Source: Octopus sinensis (taxonomy: Eukaryota). From it: a stretch of 64,000 nucleotides of DNA. Positions 12,321-26,059 of the stretch are shown here, in pieces. The DNA is taken from contig NC_043017.1 of NCBI RefSeq assembly GCF_006345805.1, positions 9,858,001 to 9,922,000 on the forward strand. Direction: 5' to 3'. A program made the position numbers and the translations under genes. The first letter of the stretch is position 1. The number at the start of each line of letters is the position of its first letter. The notes beneath the pieces were generated by a model that had not been told where the DNA came from, ran no database searches, and saw only the letters and a list, made by a program, of their open reading frames with translations.

Positions 12321-13405
12321 CTCCATGTTGAGCTACATTAATTAGAATAATAATTAAAAAAAAAAAAGAATTCAAGGCAACTTTTTTTTTACTAGGCTTG
12401 CCATTCAGAAAGTCCCATGAGCTGCATGAGGCCCATGGGACTTTCTGGAAGTTTGCCTATAACTGTTTTAAACAATGGGTTAAAATATATCAGATATCAC
12501 TGAGGGCTGCAGAAGAGCTTGAAATTGTTTCAGAGAGACAGAACCTACCCATCTACACGAATGCATGCAGGTACATGCACGCACGCATGCACACACACAC
12601 ACATACAGAGTATGTGATGGAGAGAAAAGTGCTTGATAAGGGACTGAAAAGACACAGACTGATTACTTTAATCAATTATTCTTGTGATTTGATCCTCACA
12701 ACCTGTTTTTCAAGCCTGCTTCATTGAATGCCTACCAGTTTGCACCTTCCTTTGGTTCTCCACTCCTCCTTCCTCCTCCTCCCCCCCTTTCACACATGTA
12801 CATGCTCTCCATCTCTCAGAAACACACAGTTATTACACTTCCTCTGTCTTTCCCTTGCATACAAGCACAAATACACACACATACATAAATACACACAACT
12901 ATCATTCACTATCTCTCATTTACACACACACACACACACACTATCTTGCACTACCCCCCCCCCCCCGCCTCAGTCCTTCCACCACATACAATAATGCTAA
13001 AACATGTCTGACAACAAAAGTAACTTACAATAACAACAACAACAACGACCACAAACAATGATAGTGACCACATCAACAATAACAAACACCACCACCACCA
13101 ACACTACTACCACCACCATGAAGAATATATAATGGAATCTATTAAATAGCCAGGACAATCAATAGCTTTAAATTAGGAAAAACACTAACTTAACCAGAGA
13201 GAGAGAGGGGGAGGGAGAGAGGAAGAGGGAGGGAGGGAGAGAGAGAAAGAACAAGGGGGGGAAATGTGTGTGTGTGTGTGTGAAAGAAAGGGGAGACAAC
13301 AATGGAAGGAGAGGAGGGGAATACATAAACAAAGGAGAGGAATAGGGAGAGATGAAAGAATGGCCAGGTTTCAAAGGGGTTGTTTATGAAGATTTTGTAC
13401 AGCCA

Positions 13406-13437
<32 letters not shown>

Positions 13438-13816
13438 CTGAGATGGGTTCATAACAAATACACATACATATCCTAATGAACACATTCTCACACACACACA
13501 CACATACACAAGTAGCTACCTGGAGAGATACACATTTCAATTCCTCCAGAACACACACACACACACACACACAGAATCCCTTACTCTTGATCTAGCAAGA
13601 AAATAACAAAAAACAAAAACAAAGCCATCAATCCCACCACAGAAACGTATGCACTGATATATCAATACATAGAAATGCATAACTGTTCACTGATGCACTT
13701 AGTTACACAAAACGCACCTTAATATAATCACTCGTTAAATGCAACACACAACTACATAATGTCCATGGTGACAAACACGAGGAAGGATGCCCCAATACCA
13801 GCAGGTAGAATGTGTA

Positions 13817-14218
13817 GCGGCGAGCTGGCAGAATCGTTAGCACGTCGGGCGAAATGCTTTGCGGTATTTCGGCTGCCGTTACGTTCTGAGTTCAAATTCC
13901 GCCGAGGTCGACTTTGCCTTTCATCCTTTCGGGGTCGATAAATTAAGTACCAGTTACGAACTGGAGTCGATGTAATCGACTTAATCCGTTTGTCTGTACT
14001 TGTTTGTCCCCTCTGTGTTTAGCCCCTTGTGGGTAATAAAGAAATAGGTATTTCGGCTGCCGTTACGTTCTGAGTTCAAATTCCGCCGAGGTCGACTTTG
14101 CCTTTCATCCTTTCAGGGGTCGATAAATTAAGTACTAGTTACGCACTGGGGTCGATGTAATCGACTTAATCCGTTTGTCTGTCCTTGCTTGTCCCCTTGT
14201 GGGTAATAAAGAAATAGG
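13817..14218 (+). mobile_element. Dimeric SINE family A insertion (head plus two tandem units of about 180 bp)
   Basis: Flanked by the direct repeat AGGTAGAATGTGTAGCG at 13803-13819 and 14216-14232 (TSD). Confidence 0.92.
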
Positions 14219-14415
14219 TAGAATGTGTAGCGTTGTTTATTTAACATACAATCAGTGTCCCATTCAAAACCTTGGGTTTCCTGCAAGTACAGCGAGCCTA
14301 GTGCATTCTACGATAGTAGAAAGAGGAGGGGGTAAGAAACCCAAGACTTTGAAAGTTTTGCTGTTTGCATTTTAACATTTTTCTTGTGGAAATTAAATAT
14401 ATTGACTCAAATCTT

Positions 14416-14828
14416 GGATCTTTTCGGTTTGAACGGCAGTTTTTTTCTAGCGGTGTCATGAAATTGTCACCCATAATTATGACCCTAGAATCGATCTATT
14501 GCATTTCAATCTGTTTTAGGGTTAGGGGTGGGGGGAAGGTATCTTTTTTTTTTCTTCAGAAATGTAAATAAACCCAATCTGTTTCTTAAACGAGGGACAT
14601 ATTCATTCGGCACAGAATGTTTTTCACCTCAATATACGTCATTGATTGGTTGAAATTGCAGAAATTGAGAAAAAAAAACAACAAATGTCTTACAAACCAT
14701 AGAATTTTCTCGATAAAGCCAAGAGAAAAAGATGTTTTATAAACACATTCTACCAGTATACGAAGTTTAAACATGTTTAGTTACGTGGAAATTATTTTTA
14801 AAAACTGCCGTTCAAACCAAAAAGATCC
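14416..14828. mobile_element. 413-bp MITE, Merlin-like (GG termini, 8-bp TSD)
   Basis: 28-bp TIR GGATCTTTTYGGTTTGAACGGCAGTTTT with 1 mismatch; TSD CAAATCTT at 14408-14415 and 14829-14836. The superfamily is inferred. Confidence 0.85.
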
Positions 14829-16324
14829 CAAATCTTCATTACCTTTAACTGCAAAATGCAGTTTCATAGAGCAACCAAATTTTTGTTGTGGAATCTCAAG
14901 CTTGAAACTTTTTCTTTTTTTTTCCTTTTTCTTTTTGAGCTGTGTCAAGTTTGAGACAATGTGATCTGCAAAAAATACCATTTCTATTTTTTGACAGATA
15001 TTTAACATCATTACTAGAATCATCATCATTATCGTTTAACGTCCGTGTTCCATGCATGTATGCATGGGTAGGATGGTTGACAGGAGCCAGCCAGGTAGAA
15101 AACTACCCCAGGTGACTGTATCGGTTTTGGCAGGGTTTTTATAGCCGGATGCCCTTCCTAACACCAACCACTCAGCAGAGTGGACAGTGCTTTTTATGTG
15201 GTACCATCACAGGCGAGGTCAGTTTTGGCATGGTTTTTACAGCTGGATGCCCTTCCAAATGCCAACCACTTAACAGTCTGGACTGAAGGCTTTTAACATG
15301 GCACCAGCACTGGCGAATAACTATGAAATTTAATTTCATAGTTAAAGGGTTAATTGTGCTCACATACATAACACACACACATTATTTGAAGAAATCTTTT
15401 CTACAACAGGCAAAAACCTTGAATTTTCAGGGTAGGGGATCCGTCAATTACGTCGACCCCAGTACTTTACTGGTACTTATTTTATCGACCCCAAAAGGAT
15501 GAAAGGCAAAGTTGACCTCAACAGAATTTGAACTCAGAACCTAAAAATGGATGAAATTCTGCAAAGCATTTTGCCCGGCATGCTAATGATTCTGCCAGCT
15601 CACTAGCAACCACATGGTTTTGAGTTCAATCCTACTGTGCAGCACAATGGGAAGGGGTCTTCTACTTTACTCAGAGCTGACCAATGCTTTGTGAATGAAT
15701 TAGCCAGATGAAAACTGTGTGGAAGTCTTTCGTGTGTGTGTGTGTGTGTGTGTTTCCTATAGCTTGACAACTGGTGTTGGTGTGTTTACATCCTTGTAAC
15801 TTAGCAGTTTGACAAGAGACCAATAGAATAAGTGCTAGATAAAAAAATAAGCAACAGAGTCGATTTGTTTGACTAAATCCTTCAAGGCGATGCCTACAGG
15901 TGTGACTGAATGGTTAGGAGCTTGCTTTCCAATCCCCTGGTTCTGGGTTCAGTCCAACTGCATGGCACCTTGGGTAGGTGTCACCTACTATAGCCCTGGG
16001 CTAACCAAAGTATTGTAAATGGATTTGGTAGACAGAAACTGAAAGAAGCCCCTCGTATATATATTTGTGTGTGAGCATGCGTGCATGCATGTGTCTTTCT
16101 GTCAGTGTTTGTCCCCAAACACTGCTTGGCAACTGGTGTTGGTGTGCTTATGTTCCTATGACTTAGCAGTTGGGCAAAAGAATCGATATCAGGCTTCAAA
16201 AAGATTTTTTAAAAAAAAGTATTGGGGTTGATTCATTCGACTAAGATTCAAAGCGATGCCCCAGCATGGCCGCAGTCTAATGACTGAAACAAATAAAAAA
16301 GAAAAGATATAAATCTATAGATAC

Positions 16325-16325
16325 A

Positions 16326-16370
<45 letters not shown>

Positions 16371-16392
16371 AGAGAGAGAGAGAAGGAGAGAA

Positions 16393-16430
<38 letters not shown>

Positions 16431-16462
16431 AGAGAAAGAGAGAGAGAGAGAAAGAGAGAGAG
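16325..16462. repeat. (GA)n microsatellite
   Basis: Directly visible. Confidence 0.95.
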
Positions 16463-17849
16463 CCTTCATGCAACTTGATTTGCAAAAAAAAAAATCCCAC
16501 CCTACGCATTTCCACAGTGAAGGCGACCCCAGGATAATATAGACCTAGCTACACAATGTCTTACAAAAAAAAACAAAAGAAAAATTGACAGGGTGGCCAT
16601 AGTTTGAATGTTGTCTGATTTGATCAGAACTATGTTCAGTTAGTCAGGATTTGTGTTAAACAACAACAAAGAGATAGAACACACACACACATCCATCCAC
16701 ACATCCAGATATGCACACATACACAGATATACACACATATACACACACAATGCTCATCAATAATTCTATACAAAAATAGAGTTAACATCAACAAGCTGTA
16801 TATAGAAATTACCAACCGCAAGGGAGAACAGACTAATGATGATGGTGGTGGTGATGATGCTGATGATGGCTGTGGAATGTGGTAAAAGATGATTCTATGG
16901 TGGAAGAATAGAGAGAGGGAGGGAATAGGATGCAAGGCCATGTTGACATACAAAATATAACGATTTATTTGCCACAGGGGCAAATATGATGAGAGGGGAT
17001 TCTACAAGGGTTGGTTACAATATGAGTGTGTGTGTGTGGGGGGGGGGAATAAAAGAGGAGGAGGAAAATGGAAAAGATCACGAAATGAAGGCATCCATAA
17101 TATACAGAGCGTCTGAACTCATGAACGATGCAGTCCCTCTGATACAGAAGAGCCTCCGACTAGGCCCAATCAAGGAACTCTACAGATTCAGGATCAACCG
17201 GATGACCAGAGGTATGAACCTTTGCGCTGCTGTTATTCTAAAGGCGCATGCTTAGAATAGGTCCAGTCCACCCTAACCATAAGGCTGTCAAAAATTTGGA
17301 GGAAGGAAACAGTCGAATATACTGAGACCCAAAAATTGACTGGTACTTTAAGTCGACCCCAGAAATGGTTGGAAGCTGAATCCGGTGTTGGCAGGAATTG
17401 AATTTTGTAATTTAAAAATCTCGTCCAAACTGAATGAGACACGAAGCTGGCATGGGCAGGATTCGAACTTGGCACAATATTATACAAAAGATCAGAAGCC
17501 ATAAGAAAATAAGGGATTCTTTCACATGTACAAAGCTGTGTATACACAAATGCACGTGCACACACACACGGGGGCTTCTTTCAGTTTCTGTGTACAAAAT
17601 CCACACACAAGCCTTTGGTTGGCTTGAGGTTATAATGGAAGATACTTCCCCAAGGTGTCATGTGGTAGGATTGAATTCAGAACCATGTGGATGGAACACC
17701 ACGGACAGACGTTACAAAGTAACTCAAAAGGCTGAGAGTTTTGAGTCTTGGTGTGTCAATACACGAAACACTCCATCCCCGAGACACTAACTTTTGTCGA
17801 TAATTAATAAAACAATATACATACATAGATATGACAGTCATACACACAC

Positions 17850-18360
17850 AATAAACATTCACAGTACGTATACATACACAACACACACAATAAACATTCA
17901 CAGTACGTATACATACACAACACACACACACACATTTAATATGTATACACACACACACACACTTAATATGTATACACACACACACTTAATATGTATACAC
18001 ACACACACACACACTTAATATGTATACACACACACACACACACACTTAATATGTATACACACACACACACACACTTAATATGTATACACACACACACATT
18101 TAATATGTATACACACACACACACATTTAATATGTATACACACATTTAATATGTATACACACATTTAATATGTATACACACATTTAATATGTATACACAC
18201 ACATTTAATATGTATACACAACACACACACACATTTAATATGTATACACAACATACACACTCAACATGTATACACACACACACTCAATATGTATACACAA
18301 CACACACAATATGTATACACACACGCACGCACACATTTAATATGTATACACAATACACAC
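17850..18360. repeat. Compound minisatellite, TTAATATGTATA(CA)n units
   Basis: About 15 units with a variable CA tract. Confidence 0.9.
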
Positions 18361-19259
18361 ACAAACTCCTTTTACATAATCAATGTACACAAACACAATA
18401 CAATAAACGGATCGCTATCGATTTCGACCATGAATACTCCAGTCATTCAATCAACTTCTTGTAATTGTAATCTAAATGGTCGGGTATCCCACGGACACAT
18501 GTACCCATAACGTATTGCTTAATCAGAATCAACATGACGGGGGTGTGACCAAAGACTAGCCCTGCTTGAATTACAAGTACCATTCATCAGGCGAGCTTTC
18601 CCCATTGCCGAATTCATTCGCCCTGTGGCCTCCGTCTGTCATTAACGACCATGGGCGAAAGTCCTAGTTGTCCGCTCAACTGAAACACTGTTGTCTGATG
18701 TGCAAATGGCCGTGTCTACAACACAACTGCATTTGCGTGTGGTCACTCACTGTGCTGTTTAACTTGTGTGTGCAGTTCTGTCTCTCCAATAAAAGGGAAT
18801 CAAAAAGGGCCAGAGTTGGGCAGTTATGGTAGGGAGATCAGGTTGTTGCCCATGCAGTGCGCAGCCCATCTACATGTCACTGATGGATCCACAGAAATAG
18901 TAGGGCCAGCACTGGAATAATCATTGAGCGAAATAAGTGCATCCTTAGGGCACCACAGAAATGGTAAATGGTTTATGGCACAAAAGAAATTACTTCAAAC
19001 TTGCTAAAATCACATCACATTCGGGATGCTTTGTCTCTTCTAAGTATAGAAGCAGATGTGTTACGTAAGATGAATTTTGAGGATTTGATTAAAAGATGTT
19101 GCAATTTTAAAAAAATGTAGGAGAAAACTTTACGAATTTAAATAAAGTGAAGGTATAAAAAAAAGTAAACATTATTTTCTCCTATCTTACTGTCCGTTTT
19201 GTTTCCTTTCGAAAAATGAAAATTTATTTTCTGATTTAATGTTTATATTTTGAATTACA

Positions 19260-19690
19260 TATATAGGATGGAGGGTGGACACACCAAAATCTTTTAAGGG
19301 CTCTATGGGTCTTAATCCGGCATTAGCATTGTCACAGGAATAGCTAGACGAGATTGTAGACAACGTCAACAACCCCAGGGGCTCCGACTCCCGATTATAT
19401 ACCTCTAAGTTTACTCCCGAAAGCCTATTCCACAGGTGGTTATGCAAAGGCAGCAGAGGTTGGGAATAAGGGTTTCCCTTCTGCTAGATGGGTTGTCCCA
19501 CACCCAGGCTAGCGAGTTCCATCTGCCCACTGACTTATTAATTAACCCATAGCTGCTACCCTATCAAGTGCTGCTACTACTACGGGCCAGAGCAAACCAG
19601 GGACAATAGTAGCTAAGAGACGGTTCCAAACTCCCCAAAACTCTGGAACTCTCTAACCAGGGTCCCAGTTTAAAGTCATACCCAGGACAT
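19260..19690 (-). mobile_element. Probable RTE-related 5' UTR/non-autonomous fragment
   Basis: GC-rich island with GATGGG...CCATC self-complementarity that I recognise from RTE leaders; no ORF; classification uncertain. Confidence 0.4.
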
Positions 19691-20089
19691 ATTGTAAAAA
19701 AAAAAAAAAAAAAAAAAAAACCTAAAATGTCACCAAAATCGAACCCAGAACCCCATGAGTGCGAACGGAATTTCTTAACGATAAATTCATGCCGGCATCC
19801 ACCCGCATACACACAGCAAATACACGAATATGTTGAGTAAACAAGGGGCCCCTATATTGTCGAAATGCCAGAAAAAGCAGTGAAATCTATCTCAGATCAT
19901 ATGTTTAACGTCCGAAATAAAGGTTACACTGGTCAATGTGGTTCTTAAAACAGATACTTAACAAGGCAGGATTGTTACGATTGGAACACATTCGATCGTA
20001 CGTCCGTTCGATCAAGGCTGACCTGGCGAGACAATATGCTCACAAACAGAATATATAAATGCATACATACACTATGCACATACTTATGT

Positions 20090-20822
20090 AAACAACACAT
20101 ACATACATCAACACAGACACACACACATACATACATCAACACAGACACACACACATACATACATATATCAACACAGACACACACACATACATACATATAT
20201 CAACACAGACACACACATATCAACACAGACATACATCAACACAGACACACACATATCAACACAGACATACATCAACACAGACACACACACATACATACAT
20301 CAACACAGACACACACACATATACATACATCAACAGACACACACACATATACATATATCAACACAGACACACCACATACATACATCAACACAGACACACA
20401 CACATACATACATCAACACAGACACACACCACACATACATACATCAACACAGACACACACACACATATACATACATCAACACAGACACACACACACACAC
20501 ATACATACATACATCAACACACACACGCATACATACATACATCAACATACACACACACATACATACATCAACATACACACACACACACATACATCAACAG
20601 AGACACACACACATACATCAACAGAGACACACACACACATACATACATCAACACAGACACACACACATACATAAAGGCACACGCACACATACATACATAA
20701 AGACACACATATACATAATCAACAGAAACACATCAACAGACACACACATACATCAACAGACACACACACATACATCAACAGACATACACACATACATCAA
20801 CAGACACACACACGCACACACA
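20090..20822. repeat. Compound CATA/CA minisatellite (ATCAACACAGA(CA)n units)
   Basis: Directly visible; produces the spurious 212-aa His/Thr ORF. Confidence 0.93.
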
Positions 20823-20948
20823 TTAACGCAAACTATAATTATGTAATTGTGGTTTGTTGTGTATGTCAGTGTACGTATGTGTGCTTCTGTGTACACACAC
20901 ACACATACACAAAATTATATTTTGTCTACAGACACAAATAGAATTACA

Positions 20949-20950
20949 TG

Positions 20951-21021
<71 letters not shown>

Positions 21022-21237
21022 CTAGATGATAGATAGATAGATGATATACAGATATACAGATAGATAGATAGATATACAGATAGATAGATAGATATACAGA
21101 TAGATATACAGATAGATAGATAGATATACAGATAGATAGATAGATAGATAGACAGATAGATAGATATACAGATAGATAGATATACAGATAGATATACAGA
21201 TAGATAGATAGATATACAGATAGATAGATAGATATAC

Positions 21238-21290
<53 letters not shown>

Positions 21291-21337
21291 TACAGATAGA
21301 TAGATAGATAGATAGATATACAGATAGATAGATATAC

Positions 21338-21368
<31 letters not shown>
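20949..21368. repeat. (GATA)n / GATATACA array, about 420 bp
   Basis: Directly visible. Confidence 0.97.
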
Positions 21369-22883
21369 CACAATACATACACAGATGTGTACAGAGAAAA
21401 CAATACTTACACTTACATACAATATATACACACATGGATATGTGCATCTGTATTATACACACATCCATACAGAGAACACGCGCGCATCCATTCTTAGAGA
21501 ACACAGACACACCTGACTTAACTAAAGGGATTCTTACGTAAGCTTAGAATGGAAAGAAAAAATAAAATTAACGAGGAAGGATAGGTCATTATTATTATGT
21601 TCTATCATTCCTATTTCTTCCTGAACAGGATTAAGTGAATAATAATAAGAATAAGAATAATAATAATAATAATGGTGATAATAATAATTTCTTTTATTAA
21701 TAATAATATTTTTTATTATAAATTATATTTTTAGCAATTTACTTTCTACAGACAAGACATGATGACCGAGATTTATTTAGTCGAGGGAGAAAAATGAGAA
21801 ATAAAATGTTGTTTAGGCCCATGTCAGCTGAACTGGAACGGATTACAAGCCAACCGTGTCCATCTCGTAGTTTAAGGATATGTATGATTTGGGTCTCTCG
21901 TATGTTTTTCCTTAGATTTTTTTTCTTTTTCCGTTTTGAGAGATGCTAAGGATTTGCAGATGGAGGGAAATTTAGCTGCTATTTCTAGCAGGTCGAGAGA
22001 CCGCGTAAAGATTCTCTCGGATGTTGTGATGTTCATGCTTTTTCCCGAGTAGATTGGTAGTAAAGCAAGTGAGTTGACATGCTTTTCTTGTATCGGCTAT
22101 GCAGTGTAAACCTAAAAAATATTGTATATAGTGCCCCAGCATGGCCACAGTCCATTAACTGAAACAAATAAAAGTATGGTGTGTGTGTATACAGATATGT
22201 ATATCTGTATATATGTGCGTGTGTGTGAGAGAGAGAGAGAGAGAGATCAAATCCCGCTTGAGTGGACTTGGTTTTTAATTCCCTTCCGGGGTCGATACAA
22301 TAAAGTATTGTACCATGCCATTATCGGGATAGGAAATTGAAACCGAGAAGTAGACAGAAGGTGTACGTTAGAAAGATTTAACATATTCTTATAAGCCATT
22401 CTAGACATGAATGGAATTCTAACAGAAGAGAATACAAACATACAACTCCAATTTCCTATTTATAAATACTTAATATACATGTAGAGTCAAGAAGAGTATA
22501 TATATATATATATATATACATATGAGCGCGCGCACCACACACATTAAATCTATGTGATTATAAAATATACCTCTCAAGCCTGAAATTGCAGCGCTGTACC
22601 TACGCGAGAAATTATTATTATTATCCTATAGTAATAGTTAATGTAAATACATATAGTTAAGAGCAGTATGTTTCTTGCAATTAAATGTGTAAGTATATGT
22701 GCATTATATATATATACACACACACACATCGTATTCTTTTTTTTTTTTTTTTTTTTTTTGTGAGTGGTTCTATTTAAGCGCTGAAAATGAATCGGGAGGA
22801 AAAAAAAGAATGAATTGAATTGGTATGTAAGAAAAAAAAAAAATTTGAAAATAGACCATGTAGCTTATTTCTTCATTACTTAC

Positions 22884-23450
22884 AAAATGTCACGACGAAT
22901 TCTGTCCGTGTCACTCCAGCAAAATGTGACAGTGCTTGGTAGAAGCCGAAATTCGAGGTGAAAAATGGGTAAAATTTGCAATTACAGGTCGGTGGTTAAC
23001 GGTTATATTAGATGTTCTGTTTTAAAGAATGGATACATAAAACACGCCGAGGAGGTGGAGGAAGGGACAAACTTGTTACTGCACCGTACGGTTGCCTTAT
23101 GTTTATTTATTTATGTAGTAGTGTCGGTATTGATAATAGAAAGGAGAGAGGGGGGAACCGGCCAGCAACGCGGAATAATTTTATTCAGGGGAACTACGTT
23201 TCGCTATACACCGTCTGTCATTGACATCCAAACATTTATTAAGAAAATATGTCTTCATCATCTCTGTTTTGTTGTCGGCTCCTTCGGCTGTCACATTCTC
23301 TTCGATGCTCTAATTCTTTCGTCGGCAATCGCTTCAAGTCGTTATTGCAATTCACTCCTGGGATCCGTACTTCTTCACAACTTCAAGGTTAGATCCTTCT
23401 CACATCACAAACTGTTGCTTTAAAACCTTATTCTTCATCGCATCGCGTTT
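22884..23450 (-). other. Probable non-coding first exon of a minus-strand transcript (most likely the ZUP1 5' UTR)
   Basis: Perfect gtaagt donor at 22883-22878, unique CpG-rich sequence, and no ATG-initiated frame reaches the donor. The 5' boundary is a guess. Confidence 0.5.
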
Positions 23451-23600
23451 CTTTATCAATTACCACCCAGTCGGAGTTTTTCCTACTCGCCAATGTCCTT
23501 GAAGAATTACGGGGGCGATGTGCGAATATTGTGCGCGAAACGATTCCATTTCCACTTCCTTGCAAGTTTAAAAAGTTTTGTACTCCCGTTATTAAGAAGC
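23420..23600. promoter_or_regulatory. CpG-rich promoter-like patch for the minus-strand gene
   Basis: Cluster of CpGs, CCAAT (about 23490), GGGGGCG (about 23511) and CACTTCCT ETS-like motif (about 23553) next to the putative first exon. Confidence 0.4.
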
Positions 23601-24597
23601 AGTCAATTAATTATTAACTTAGTCCTAAATAAGAGAAAACTAATTGGACTTTGAATTAGTTTTCTCTTAAACCCCGGACCATTGTTATTCTGATCGCCGT
23701 TATTCTAATAATCTGAGGCATCTTCCTTTGGCCTGTGGTCGACTTGGTGAAGTTTTTGGCAGAGACAAAAAAAGTTCAAATTGCTTAACCTGTCGCGTTA
23801 GTACTTCTCACCTGAGAGAGTAATGATAGTGCATCTTATCAAATTTGTGGTTTTGTATCTAAGAAACGAAAAGCAATAATTACCAGGACCATATATGTCC
23901 GAATCCTTCCAAGGTCAACGCCGCCTTTCATCCTTTCGGGGGTCAACAAAATAAAGTACCAGTCAAGTACTGGGGTCGATGTAATCGATTGACATCCTCT
24001 TCCCCAAATTATTGCTAAGAACGCAAGTGACAAGGGCTGTTCAAGGAGTTAAATAAACCCCGGCAGTCCGTAGGTATTAATTGACAACACCATTCACCGT
24101 CTTTTCCAGCCTAACCTCTTTATTTATATTCTGAAGGAACGTTGTGTGGGTGAATGATGTCGTGTACTAATACCGAATGATTGCTTAAACTCATGACAAA
24201 CCGTGCCTGCGACTCGGGTTCGAATTCCAATTGAAAGCATTTCACGTACGTCACTAATATATTCGGTAGAAGCAAGAACCGTTGTGCTTTCTTCCTATTT
24301 TTATTAGCCCCTAGTCGAAAGAACTTGTTATTCGGAATTTAAAGAATATGGAGCATTATTAGATTAAAGTTGTAGTGTACCTGAGCACTGTACACAATTT
24401 TTTTCATATCTATTTCATATAAACGGTTTCATTCCTCCATCGGTTCTTCCGTCGAAGTCAACTCTACCTTTCATCTCTCCTGGGTTGATAAAATAGTAGC
24501 AGTCGAGTACTAGGATCGATATCATCGACTTAACCCTTTCTCCCAAAACTGCTGGTGTTGGGCCTTAATTAGAAACAATTATTATTTCCCGTTGTTT

Positions 24598-24770
24598 AAT
24601 CTCAAGTCAGCCCTGATCGAGCAGAACTATAAGTAAAGACATTCTGAACAACACCGTTTCCATCATTTTTTCCCCCACTTTTTTTTTTAACTATAGTAAT
24701 ATGCGATAGGAGGGAAATTTGGTTGCTATTTCTAACAGTTCAAGTGTCTGCGCCGAAGCCCACTCTTGGC
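24598..24770 (+). mobile_element. Unclassified interspersed repeat (GTCAGCCCTGATCGAGCAGA...GCTATTTCTA)
   Basis: Related pieces at about 11855-11950, 21930-22025 and 57340-57510(-). Confidence 0.5.
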
Positions 24771-26059
24771 TCGAATATGTCACATTTATTTTCCATATGT
24801 CCACATCGTGTACCTAGTGCTATCATGACACACCGGACAATTGCCCGGGGTCCTTACGGGTCCATAGGCTAGCTGTCAAGAATAAATGCTACAGGTCCTG
24901 TGTACTGATTTGCTCGAGGAATTCACGGGTTTGGGGGCCCAATTCTGACCTACCTATGCTATGACTTGAATAAACACTATAGGCCCAGGGCATTGATTTA
25001 CTCAAGAGCTTATAATGCTGCCAAGGCGGCCCTGCATGTAAACTGGGTTTCGAGTAAAACATAAGAAGTGATTTTATATGTAAATTCTTCATACGCTTTG
25101 GTACAAATATTCTTATGTTCTTTCTACTGCACAGCACTATTTCGTTTTATTATTTTTTTTACAATAAATATAAATACTAACAAAAAAATAGTGTAAAAGT
25201 TCAATATAAGAAATTTAACAAATTTCTTTGGCTTTTCATAAAGTATTCTACCTTTTGCAAACCTGACAGCTTTTATACTAAACCAACATCACAGTTAAGC
25301 TTTGTTATGTGCATAAGCTGAACAAATACCTATGTTAATTAATGAATTATTTTTTAAGTCTTAAAATAAAACTTTTTGTCAGTATTTTTCAAGAGAATGT
25401 GAACAGTCATAATAAAAGACAGCAGAAATCGTTCTTATCTCTACGACTTCGTGATTTTGTACGTGTGTGTATTTGGAAGGAACAAGGGTCAAAATTGTGG
25501 AAATAGGCCATAGTCAACTGGTTTTCCTTGTGACTTCACGAATGCACATTATACTGTACACACATGAACACAAAACACGAAATGAAGAGAGGGAGAGAAA
25601 GAAAGAAAAAAGAAAGACAATAGGTGTATATACTAGACATTCAGTAAATACGAGAGTAATTGGATAGTCTGTGTGTGAGTGTGAGAGAGAGAGAATTGAT
25701 TAATAGTTAGTAAAGTAAGTCTAAATCTTTAAAAAAAAAATCAAAATCAGTTGTTAACAGCCAAGAACTCGGTTAATTAAAATTGGGAGTAGAAAAATAA
25801 AACTGGTCTTTAGCAAGCGTGGTGATAACTCCAGGCGTGCTCCAGTCTTATTGGACCTTCTTATGAAATCTTATCTTAACTGTGCCTAGCAAAACCTAGT
25901 AAGGTACAACAAGAAGATATGACTACATAAAATAACGAGTGGGGAACTACCTTTGAAGTCTGTGAACAACTTGCCCTTTTTGTTGTTTGGTCCCTTTCTC
26001 TATTAAACCTATAATCAACAACATTCTAGCCGTGACAAGATCTCCTCCCCCCCCCCAGA

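Noticed and set aside
14514-14525. TTAGGG x2 as an interstitial telomere
   Set aside because: Only two units, internal to a MITE.
17108-17212. Exon-like plus-strand segment ending AG|gtatga
   Set aside because: Poor acceptor, no partner exons, no recognisable peptide.
20036-21510. Long His/Thr and YLSI-repeat ORFs (162-212 aa)
   Set aside because: Translations of CA/CATA and GATA satellites.
22965-23423. 152-aa plus-strand ORF
   Set aside because: No recognisable domain or splice partner; better explained as the antisense of a CpG-rich non-coding first exon.
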